Assembly (NCBI GenBank): GCA_963793875.1
Contig: CAWCBS010000007.1
Coordinates: 23,489-87,488 of the forward strand
DNA length: 64,000 nucleotides
Direction: 5' to 3'
DNA from: an uncultured Chloroflexia bacterium
GTDB taxonomy: Bacteria > Chloroflexota > Dormibacteria > Aeolococcales > Aeolococcaceae
Position 1 is the stretch's first letter, and every line of letters starts with the position of its first letter. The translations under genes were made by a program, and so were the position numbers. The notes beneath the pieces are model-generated. The model did no database searches, had not been told where the DNA came from, and saw nothing but the letters and a program-made list of their open reading frames with translations. Of this stretch, positions 25,077-33,531 are shown one piece after another.

Positions 25077-25895
25077 TCAGCGCGGTGCTGGCCCACCGGC
25101 GAGGCTGCGTTGCCAGAGGTCGAGGGTCCGTTCGAAGTGGCGCTCGCAGGCGTCGTGATCGTAGACGGGGAGGTCTGCCATGGCGAAGCCGTGCGAGGTG
25201 CCTGGCAACCGCTCCACCACGCCCCGGACGCCCCGCCGCTTCAGCTCCTCACGAAACCGGTCGACGAGCTCCGGGGTGGCCGAGCGGTCGTTCTCTGCGA
25301 AGGCGAAGTAGAGCTCACCGCGCACCCCGGCCAGGTCGTGGTGGGGGGAATCGGGCGCCTCGGTGACCAGGGCGCCGGGGTGGATGCCCGCCGCGGCGAC
25401 AACCTGGCCGGCGAGCGCGGAGGCCGCGTGGAGCGCCAGGCGCCCGCCCATGCAGTAGCCGACGCAGACCTTGGGCCCCTGGCTGGCCATGGGATCCGGA
25501 TCGATCGCTGCCAGGACGGCCTCGGTGTCGGCGATCACCGCGTCGGGCGTCACGCTCCGCACCACGGCCATCAGACGCTCCGCCGCCGGCCCCGCCATTC
25601 CCTCCGCGGCCAGCTTGGCCATGTCGAAGGTCAGCCCCTTGCCGGAGCGGTAGAAGAGATCCGGCGCCACGCAGTAGTAGCCGTCGGCAGCGAACCGGCG
25701 CGCGTTCTTCTTCACCTGATCGCGGTAGCCGATCCCGTCCATGTACAGCACCGCGACCGGGTAGGGCCCCTCGCCATCGGGGTGAACGACGAAGGTGGTC
25801 ATCTCTCCGTCGGGTGTGCGCACCCCGATCTCCCTCTCGCCCACGGGCCTCACTCCTTCTGGGCCCTCGCCGGTGAGGGCCCCGCCAGCCTCCAA
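25077..25895 (-). CDS. dienelactone hydrolase family protein
   Basis: G-Y-C-M-G-G nucleophile elbow (Cys type) and ...YFAFAENDRS...SHGF.... The start is uncertain. Confidence 0.75.
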   Translation of the reverse strand: MEAGGALTGEGPEGVRPVGEREIGVRTPDGEMTTFVVHPDGEGPYPVAVLYMDGIGYRDQVKKNARRFAADGYYCVAPDLFYRSGKGLTFDMAKLAAEGMAGPAAERLMAVVRSVTPDAVIADTEAVLAAIDPDPMASQGPKVCVGYCMGGRLALHAASALAGQVVAAAGIHPGALVTEAPDSPHHDLAGVRGELYFAFAENDRSATPELVDRFREELKRRGVRGVVERLPGTSHGFAMADLPVYDHDACERHFERTLDLWQRSLAGGPAPR

Positions 25896-25980
25896 GTATC
25901 CTCAGCTGCACGGCTCGAGACCAGGCTTGGGCCGCCGGACGAACGCCACGACGGCTGCCAGCCTCTGAGGAGGGCGAGCG

Positions 25981-26370
25981 ATGGGGACGCGGCACATCAA
26001 CCCGGCGGGGCTGCATCGCAGCCCGGCCTTCAGCCAGGCCGTCGTGGTCGAGCAGCCGGTGAAGACGATCTACATCGGTGGGCAGAACGGCGTCGACGCC
26101 GACGGGAAGGTGGTTGGGCCCACGGTCCGCGAGCAGACCGGCCAGGCGCTCCGCAACCTGGCGACGATCCTGGCGAGCGAGGGCGCAAGCCTGGCCAACA
26201 TCGTGCACTGGTCGATCGCGGTGGTGGACGGCCACCCTTTGGAGGAGGGCGTGGCCGCCTTCCAAAGGGCATGGAACCCGGCCGACCCACCGCCGGCCAT
26301 CACCGTCCACGTGGTCGCCGGCCTGGGGCCCGGGTACCTCGTCGAGATCGACGCCGTCGCCGTCATCTGA
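25981..26370 (+). CDS. RidA/YjgF family protein
   Basis: 129 aa. ...IYIGGQNGVDADGKVVG...QTGQALRNLATILASEGASLANIV...LVEIDAVAV matches the family pattern. Confidence 0.8.
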   Translation: MGTRHINPAGLHRSPAFSQAVVVEQPVKTIYIGGQNGVDADGKVVGPTVREQTGQALRNLATILASEGASLANIVHWSIAVVDGHPLEEGVAAFQRAWNPADPPPAITVHVVAGLGPGYLVEIDAVAVI

Positions 26371-26388
26371 CCGGCTTCCCCGGCCACG

Positions 26389-27915
26389 TCAGAGGACGGC
26401 GATCACGATCCCCAGCACCTTGAGCACGCCGAGGACCGCCGAGGCCACCGGGGCCGCGACCTCCGCCACCTTCTGGGCGGTCTGAATCAGGCTGGTGCCC
26501 AGGGCTCGCAGCGTCCCCTTCTTCGGCTCCTGCTTGCCACTCTCCTCGGTGAAGCTCTGAAAGGTCTCGGCGACCTCCTTGGCGGCGTCCGGGTCCTGCT
26601 TCGCGAGCGCCTGGACCAGCGCCGTGATGCTGTCGCGCAGCGTCGTCATCTGCTGCAGCAGCTCGTCCTGATCACCGCGGTTGGCGGCGAACGCATTGAA
26701 GCTGTTGCTGATCGTCTGGGTGCTGTCGATGGCGATCGGGGCGTTGATGTCACCGGCGTGAATGCTCTTGTCCACTTTCATCCCCTCCACGAGGTCTCCT
26801 CCGACGATGTTGATCTGGGGGCGGAGCGCATCCCGCTCGGCCGCGAAGGCCTCGGCCTTGCGGCGGATCTGCAGGCGCATCCCGTCCAGTCCCTGACGCC
26901 GACGGGCAACGATGTCGGCCCGGCTGACCGCTGCGCCGACGGCGTACGCGTCGCGCACCGCGGATGCCTTGAGGCCGTACTTGTAGGTGCTGTCCAGGAG
27001 CTGGGTGGCGCGATCGACGTACGACTCCAGCCGCTGCGCCGCATCCGATCCGGGGTGGAAGTCGAGCTCCCCATCGTCGACCCAGGTGATGATGCGGTCC
27101 AGCACCTCCTGCTCCGCGTGCATTCTCAGCAGGCATATCCGCAGGTTGCGATGCAGGTCGGTGTCCGCATTCGCCGCCGGCCCCAGATACCAGGTTGGGA
27201 TCTGGCTGTCGCGAACCCTGGCGAGCTCGAAGCCGACGGCGACGCGACCCTGGGTCACGGCACTGGCATCAACGAGGCTCGGCGGCAGGGCCACGCTGTC
27301 CTTGCCGATGAGGTCGACGATCACGGTCGGTGCGCCCGATGCCACCAGCCCGCGATCCCCGGACGGCCGCGGCGTGGACGCGGTGCGGAAACGGGCCGCA
27401 AGCCGCGGGCCCTGGCCGAAGAGGCCACCTGACTGGCCAGTTCCTGCCCGCGGAACCATCGCAGGGAGCCGCAGCACGCTGCCGACGGCCGCCCCGGCGC
27501 TCATGGGGACGGTCGACGTCGGCGCCGGCTCTACGCTGAACCCCACCTCGACGCGGGCCACGCAGGTGCCGTCGTGGAACAGGCGGCGAAAGCGGCAGGC
27601 GACGTCGAATGCCGAGGTCCCGTCGGCGGGCTGGATGCGACGCTTCACCAGGGAGGGCAGCCGAAGCGCGCTCGTCGCCAGTGCAAAGCAGGCCTCGTCG
27701 GTCCAGGCCGGGTCCGCCTCCTCCTTGCGCTCGACGACGCGGCCGAAACCCCAGACGAAGTCCCCGGCGACGCCCAGCCGGGGCGCCCGCCAGCTCGGGC
27801 GCGGGAGATACCCGCCCGGGACGTCGAGGAACCGGCGGGCGTCCGCGATGGGAAACTGGACGACGACGAGCACGAGCGGGGGACCCCCCTTGGGTCGAGG
27901 GCCGCGGGGGCGCAA
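26389..27915 (-). CDS. large hypothetical protein (up to 508 aa) with an extreme C-terminal hydrophobic segment
   Basis: Continuous ORF of normal composition. No domain recognised. The C-terminus is a Lys/Glu-rich helical region followed by VAEVAAPVASAVLGVLKVLGIVIAVL. The start is uncertain. Confidence 0.6.
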   Translation of the reverse strand: MRPRGPRPKGGPPLVLVVVQFPIADARRFLDVPGGYLPRPSWRAPRLGVAGDFVWGFGRVVERKEEADPAWTDEACFALATSALRLPSLVKRRIQPADGTSAFDVACRFRRLFHDGTCVARVEVGFSVEPAPTSTVPMSAGAAVGSVLRLPAMVPRAGTGQSGGLFGQGPRLAARFRTASTPRPSGDRGLVASGAPTVIVDLIGKDSVALPPSLVDASAVTQGRVAVGFELARVRDSQIPTWYLGPAANADTDLHRNLRICLLRMHAEQEVLDRIITWVDDGELDFHPGSDAAQRLESYVDRATQLLDSTYKYGLKASAVRDAYAVGAAVSRADIVARRRQGLDGMRLQIRRKAEAFAAERDALRPQINIVGGDLVEGMKVDKSIHAGDINAPIAIDSTQTISNSFNAFAANRGDQDELLQQMTTLRDSITALVQALAKQDPDAAKEVAETFQSFTEESGKQEPKKGTLRALGTSLIQTAQKVAEVAAPVASAVLGVLKVLGIVIAVL

Positions 27916-28146
27916 TCAAAACTTGACCGTCCCGAAGACGGTCTCAGACCGCGCCGTCAGTCGAATGCCGCAGTCGCGACCCGCCAACAACTTTAGGGGC
28001 CGCCGGCCCGGCTGTCCAGGGACGCGGACCTGCACAGATCTGGTCCGGCCGCCCTGGCGTCCACGCCGCCCGTCGGCTCTGTCTCTGGGGACGGGCGCCG
28101 GACCGCGCTTCGACCGACCTGCAGGCAGCCACCGGCCCGCGCTGGG

Positions 28147-28351
28147 TCAGGTCGGGCGACGCGGGTGCTGCCTCTTCTGAGCGCGGAGCGCGACGGGGAG
28201 CTGCAGCAGCATCACCAGGGCTCCGGACACGACGAGCGCCGTCGTGATGGCGTGGCTGGGGCCACGGAACCCATGCGCCCAACATCACCAGCGCGAAGCC
28301 GGCGACGGAGAACTACCGCCCCAGCACGAACCAGCCGACGATGATCCCCAC
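28147..28351 (-). pseudogene. disrupted small membrane protein downstream of merR-like gene
   Basis: A GTG at 28351 opens VGIIVGWFVLGR, followed by an in-frame TAG (28313-28315) and then FSVAGFALVMLGAWV. A third hydrophobic segment, AITTALVVSGALVMLLQLPVALRAQKRQHPRRPT*, is in another frame. Confidence 0.3.
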
Positions 28352-28369
28352 TCAGTCAGTCTGGCACGC

Positions 28370-29305
28370 TCACGGCGTGGGGAGCGAACTCCGCAGCGCG
28401 GCGATGAGCCAGTCGTAGGCGGGCCAGCGGCTCGGCTGCGGCGGCCATCCGTTGACCATCCCGATGAGCTGCCAGTACCGCTCGACCCGCCGGTCGCTGA
28501 ACCGCTCCAGCTGGGTGACGAGCTCGACGCGGTACTCCGGGCCGTCGGCTCGGCGGGCGGCACGGGCGAAGCGGCCGGCGAGCTCGTCGGCGATCGGCAC
28601 CGCGCCCGCGGAGGCGGGGTCGATGCCGGTCGCAAGGGCCGCCCCGGCCCTCTCGACGACCGCCTGGCCGGCCTCCTGGGTGGCGAGGTCCGTCGGGCTT
28701 GCCGGGGCCGCCGCTCGCTGGCGCTCGCCCTCGACGACCATCTCCCGCACCCGCCCCCGGAAGGAGACATCGCTCAGCAGGGTGGCGAGCTCGATCCAGG
28801 CGTCGATCTGGTCCTGCGACGGATCGTCCGGGAGCACGGGGAGCCTGTCCCGCATCATCGCGGCGAAAGGGTCCTGCTCATGATCGGCGAAGACGGCGGA
28901 GAGGAAGTCGTCCATGGTCCGGCGAGCCTCCTCGGCCGAGGCCCTGGCGAAGTCGGCCATGCGTCGTACCTCCTCCGGCCGGGAGAGCCCGCGGGCGATG
29001 GCTCGCAGCACTCCACGGCGCAACCTGAGCTGGCGGATGTGAGCGTCGGCGGCCTCAGCCTGGGCGGCCGCGACCGTCTCGATCTCGGTCACCCGATCGG
29101 CCACCCGGCGGGTGGTGGGGATGTCGAGCCCGAGCTCGCGCAGGGTGCGCATCAGCTCGAGCCGGGCGAGCGAGGTCTCGTCGTAGCGGCGGTATCCGGC
29201 GGCGGTCCGCCGCGTCTCGGGCAGGAGCCCGATGTCGCTGTAGTAGCGGATCGTCTTCACCGGCACGCCGCTCAGGCGGCTGAGCCCACCGATCGAGAGG
29301 TCCAT
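28370..29305 (-). CDS. MerR-family transcriptional regulator with a long C-terminal domain
   Basis: N-terminus MDLSIGGLSRLSGVPVKTIRYYSDIGLLPETRRTAAGYRRYDE is a MerR HTH. Confidence 0.8.
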   Translation of the reverse strand: MDLSIGGLSRLSGVPVKTIRYYSDIGLLPETRRTAAGYRRYDETSLARLELMRTLRELGLDIPTTRRVADRVTEIETVAAAQAEAADAHIRQLRLRRGVLRAIARGLSRPEEVRRMADFARASAEEARRTMDDFLSAVFADHEQDPFAAMMRDRLPVLPDDPSQDQIDAWIELATLLSDVSFRGRVREMVVEGERQRAAAPASPTDLATQEAGQAVVERAGAALATGIDPASAGAVPIADELAGRFARAARRADGPEYRVELVTQLERFSDRRVERYWQLIGMVNGWPPQPSRWPAYDWLIAALRSSLPTP

Positions 29306-29717
29306 GCCACGAGCATGCGGCCTCCAGTAAGTGGAGAGTCAAAGCCCGTCCGGGCACCCCGGCCGGGCCTGCCCCGGCTTCGGGTCCGATCCGGCCCGGC
29401 ACGCGGATCAGCGTCTCGTCACCCGTGATCCATCGCCGGCGGCAGCCCACCGATCCGAGACTGCTGGGCGAGCACCGGGAGTGGTGCCCGGGGCCGCAGC
29501 CGGAGACGGGGGACGGGGGGCGACAGCCCTCCGCTCGTGGCCAGCCGGCCTCAGCAGGTTCGCTGGCCGGCGCTGCGGCCTGCTCCCGCCCGGTCACCGG
29601 CTGGGCGGGCACCCCCGTGGAGCGCTCACCGACGGGCCCGCCCAGCGGGCCAACCCGCGCCCTGAGATCGAGCTCACCGCGTGTGACGATCTTCCATGAG
29701 GATGTGACGGTTCCGCG

Positions 29718-32297
29718 ATGCGGTTGCTCCGGGGCGGGGCCACGCTCTCCCCGATGGGGGCAGAAACGGCTGGCCTGCAACTCAACGTCCTCACGCACCT
29801 CGGACACCGCCTCCCCGGGGCCACCAGCCCCCAGAAGGCGGCCGCCGAGATGGTGCGGACCCTGGTTCGCCTGGGCGTCGCCGCCGCGGTGAGCACCGTC
29901 GAGGCCGACCAGGCCCTGGTGGTCGCCGTGGCCGCGCCGCGCCCCGCCGACGTCCAGCATGTGCTTCCCTCCGCCGCCCGAATGGTGGGCCTGCGCATTC
30001 CCATCGACCGCTTCCCCTGGATGAGCCGTCCGGTCCGGCTGCGCCGCGCCTACAGCGGCCCGGCGACCGGGATCGACACCCTGCGGACCCTCGCCCCCGA
30101 GAGCGACTCCTCCCCTCCCCTTCCGGGGCTGGGCCCGGGGATCCAGATCGTGGGCGTTCCGGCGATGGTCCACGACCAGGTCGTTGCCACCGTGCACGCC
30201 TGGAGCACCGAGCCGCTCGACGATCTGGTCCCCACCCTGGAGGCGGCAGCCGCCATGCTCGCGGCGGTCTGGGAGCCCGAGCGATCGGCGACCGCCGGGC
30301 GCTTCGAGGTGGGGACGGCACGGCGCGCGAACCCCCAACTGCGGGCCGAGCTCGCCGCCCTCATCGAGGACGGGAGGATCGCGACCGCCCTCCAGCCGGT
30401 GGTGCGCCTGGTCGACCATTCGATCGTCGGCTACGAGGCCCTCACCCGCTTCTCGCCCCGCGCCCTCTTCTCCACCCCCGACGAGCTGTTCGCCGCCGCC
30501 TCGGCGCTGCACATGGAGAAGGCGGTCGACCTCGCCTGCCTGCAGGCCGCGCTCAGCAACATGCCGAGCCTCGGCCCCGTCGACATCTTCGTCAACGTGC
30601 TGATCGGAACCCTGCTCAGCGAGCGGCAGGGCCTGAGCGCCCTGGAGGAGGCCGTCCACAACGCCGGGCTGGACCCATCGTCCGTGGTCCTCGAGTTCAG
30701 TGAGCGCGACCCGGTGCCCAACCTCTCGCGGCTGCAGCGGATCGCGGCCCAGCTCCGCTCCGCCGGCTACCGGATCGCGGTCGACGACGCCGGCGCCGGG
30801 CACGCCAGCATGCAGGTCATCGCCGAGCTCCGGCCGGAGTTCATGAAGGTCGACCGGGCCCTCATCCACGCCGTCGACTCGCACCGGGCCCGCCGGGGCC
30901 TGCTGGTGTCGCTGCTCTCCTTCAGCGGACACATCGGAGCCCGGCTCATCGCCGAGGGCGTCGAGACCCAGCGGGAGCTGGACACCCTGCTCTCCCTGGG
31001 CGTGCAGTACGGCCAGGGATGGATGCTGGGACGGCCGGTGCTCACCCAGTCGGTCGAAGGGCTGTCCGACGGCACCGTCATCGACCCGGGGTGGTTCACC
31101 CGCCACCGGGTGTGGCGGCTGCGCACCCCACCGGCCCCGCCCCTGGCCCTGCCCGAGCCCCCCGATCCGAGCGCCGACGGCGCCGTGGCACCCGACCTGG
31201 CCCGTGCCCTCAGCGACGCCGCCCAAGCCCTGCAGAGCGAGCACGACCCGATGGGCATCCTCGGGGTGATCGCCGCGCAGATGCAGCGGGTGGTGCCGGT
31301 CGCCGAGATGGCGATCTACATCGCTAACTACGAGACCCAGCGCTTCGTCCCGGTGCTCGCCACCGGGCCCGAGGGCGACGCCCTGCTCGCCGAGAGCTTC
31401 TCGCTGGACTCCGGGATCTCCGGCTGGGCCTTCGCCCGCGGCACGCCCGAGAACGTGGCCGACACCTGGTCTCACCCCGCGGCCCGCCAGGTCCCGGGGA
31501 CCTCGGTCGTCCAGGAGTCGCTGCTCCTGGTGCCGCTCATCGCCGGCGAGCGCAAGCTGGGCATCATCGACGCCTGGCGGATGGGGGTCGGCCGTTTCAG
31601 CGACGATGAGCTGGAGGCGGCCTCGCTCTTCGCCCATATCGCCGCCGCCGCCTGGCACAACGCCCAGCTCTACGCCGAGCTCCAGGCGGCGGCGGTCACC
31701 GATCCGCTCACCGGGCTGTACAACACCCGCTGGCTGCGCGACGCCGGGGAACGCGACCTCGCCTCCTGCTCCCGCGACCACACCAGCCTCGCCCTGCTGC
31801 TGCTCGACATCGACCATTTCAAGACGGTGAACGACACCAGCGGCCACGCCGCCGGCGACCTCGTGCTGCAGCGCCTGGCCACCCGGCTGCGGGGGTCGGT
31901 GCGCACCGAGGACGCGGTGGTTCGGTATGGCGGGGAGGAGTTCGTGGTCCTGCTGCGCCGCTGCGGTACCGCCGATGCGTTCACCATCGCCGAGACCCTG
32001 CGGGGCGCCGTGCGGCAGGTCGCGCTCCCGCCCGGCTGCCCACTCCCCAAGCTCACCGCCTCGATCGGCGTGGCCGCCTACCCCGACGACGGCACCGACC
32101 TCGACCTCCTGCTCGGAGCCGCGGACCGTGCCATGTACATGGCCAAGCACGCCGGCCGCGACCGGGTGATCTGTGCGCCCCCGCCACCACCCGGCGCAGC
32201 GGTGGTCGCCCTGCCCCGGCGGTCGGCCGCGGCCAGCCGACGGCGCGGGCGGGTGAGCGAGGACCGCGCCGCCCCCGCCGCCCCGTCGTACAGCTGA
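29718..32297 (+). CDS. c-di-GMP turnover protein: N-terminal sensor region, EAL, GAF, GGDEF
   Basis: EAL-domain blocks (GYEALTRF, EFSERDP, RIAVDDAGAGHAS, IAEGVETQ, GQGWMLGRP), a GAF-like middle region, and a GGDEF domain (RYGGEEFVVLL). Confidence 0.85.
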   Translation: MRLLRGGATLSPMGAETAGLQLNVLTHLGHRLPGATSPQKAAAEMVRTLVRLGVAAAVSTVEADQALVVAVAAPRPADVQHVLPSAARMVGLRIPIDRFPWMSRPVRLRRAYSGPATGIDTLRTLAPESDSSPPLPGLGPGIQIVGVPAMVHDQVVATVHAWSTEPLDDLVPTLEAAAAMLAAVWEPERSATAGRFEVGTARRANPQLRAELAALIEDGRIATALQPVVRLVDHSIVGYEALTRFSPRALFSTPDELFAAASALHMEKAVDLACLQAALSNMPSLGPVDIFVNVLIGTLLSERQGLSALEEAVHNAGLDPSSVVLEFSERDPVPNLSRLQRIAAQLRSAGYRIAVDDAGAGHASMQVIAELRPEFMKVDRALIHAVDSHRARRGLLVSLLSFSGHIGARLIAEGVETQRELDTLLSLGVQYGQGWMLGRPVLTQSVEGLSDGTVIDPGWFTRHRVWRLRTPPAPPLALPEPPDPSADGAVAPDLARALSDAAQALQSEHDPMGILGVIAAQMQRVVPVAEMAIYIANYETQRFVPVLATGPEGDALLAESFSLDSGISGWAFARGTPENVADTWSHPAARQVPGTSVVQESLLLVPLIAGERKLGIIDAWRMGVGRFSDDELEAASLFAHIAAAAWHNAQLYAELQAAAVTDPLTGLYNTRWLRDAGERDLASCSRDHTSLALLLLDIDHFKTVNDTSGHAAGDLVLQRLATRLRGSVRTEDAVVRYGGEEFVVLLRRCGTADAFTIAETLRGAVRQVALPPGCPLPKLTASIGVAAYPDDGTDLDLLLGAADRAMYMAKHAGRDRVICAPPPPPGAAVVALPRRSAAASRRRGRVSEDRAAPAAPSYS

Positions 32298-32730
32298 GAG
32301 CGGGGGCCGGCCGGCCCGACCGGGCCATCCCGCAGCTGCCCCACGGCTGCCGCGGTCCCGCCCCACCAGGCGGGCTGAGCAGCGTCAGATGACCCGAGCC
32401 CGGTCCCGGTGGCCCGTTGCAGCTGAGCCGCATCCTCTTCGGGCGCTGCGCTCCAGCCCGTCCGCCCGGGGAGGAGGTCACCCCGGTCGAGGCCCTGCCG
32501 GCGCTCTCCCTCGACGCGCTGACCTGGGTGGCGTACGGCCCCGGGGGCGGGTGGCCGCCACCGGGTGGTGGTGCTCGTCCCGGTGGCACCGGGCCCCCCG
32601 CGACCACCGGGACCCGGGCCTCTCCGCACTCTCCGGCGCAGCCCAACCTCCGGGTTGCCCGGCTGCCGCTCCCGCTCCGCCGGGAGGGGGACGCGGCGCC
32701 GTGGCCCGCGGCCGAGCGAGAATGCGCGCC

Positions 32731-33276
32731 ATGGCGGAGGGAACGGCGCTGCTGGTCATCGACATGCAGGAGGCGGTGCTCGCCCCCTGCGCCGGGGTCC
32801 CCGGGGTGGTGGCGCGGATCAACGCGCTGGTCGGGCGGGCCCGGCAGGCCGGCGTCCCCATCGTCTTCGTCCAGCACCAGGACGCCGGGGACCCGGAGAT
32901 GACCGCCGGCAGCCCGGGCTGGCGGATCGTCGAGAGCCTGGACCGCCGACCCGCCGACCCGGTGGTGGCCAAGCGCCACCGGGACGGCTTCGCGGCCACC
33001 GAGCTGGGCACGACCCTCGACGGCGTGGGCGCGCGGCGGCTGGTGGTCACCGGGGCGCAGTCGGACTTCTGCGTCCAGACCACTGCGCTCTCCGCCCTCT
33101 TCCACGGGTACGACCTGACCCTGGTGAGCGACGCCCATGCCACCGAGCCCGCCGCCCTGCCCGGCGGAGAGGTGTCGGCCGACAGCCTCATCGAGTTGAT
33201 CAATAGCCGCTTCGCGACACTCCGCCAGCCGGGGCGGACGATCGAGGTGGTGCCGGCGGCCGCGCTCGTCCTCTGA
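32731..33276 (+). CDS. isochorismatase-family cysteine hydrolase
   Basis: ALLVIDMQ and VVTGAQSDFCVQTT (catalytic Cys context). Confidence 0.75.
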   Translation: MAEGTALLVIDMQEAVLAPCAGVPGVVARINALVGRARQAGVPIVFVQHQDAGDPEMTAGSPGWRIVESLDRRPADPVVAKRHRDGFAATELGTTLDGVGARRLVVTGAQSDFCVQTTALSALFHGYDLTLVSDAHATEPAALPGGEVSADSLIELINSRFATLRQPGRTIEVVPAAALVL

Positions 33277-33531
33277 GCGCCGGGAGGCCAATCCCGGGGC
33301 TGATCACGGCATTCGCGTCAGCAGTGACGGCTGCGCCGCCACGCCGACCGGCGGCGCGCGCCGGAGCGCTGTACAACCGGCGCGCGAGCGCTGTGGATCG
33401 CTGTTCGGGACAGCCCTGCCAAGCCGGGTTACGAGGCCGTACCAGGCTTATGATGGCCGTCTCGAATCACAGAGAGCCTGATGGACCATGACCCTCGACG
33501 GGGATCAATGGGTCATGCGTGAGGCGTTCCT

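Noticed and set aside
29055-32366. Very long antisense ORFs. Examples: 1103 aa at 29055-32366(-), 857 aa at 34258-36831(-), 811 aa at 49259-51694(-), 789 aa at 46122-48491(-), 683 aa at 55872-57923(-), 703 aa at 42176-44287(+), 524 aa at 58516-60090(+), 521 aa at 8938-10503(-) and 479 aa at 1258-2697(+).
   Set aside because: They lie opposite genes with clear family motifs. They are dominated by Arg/Gly/Pro/Ala/His runs and contain no recognisable motifs. This is the usual stop-codon-poor antisense frame of high-GC DNA. Only the last 64 codons of 46122-48491 look like a real small gene.
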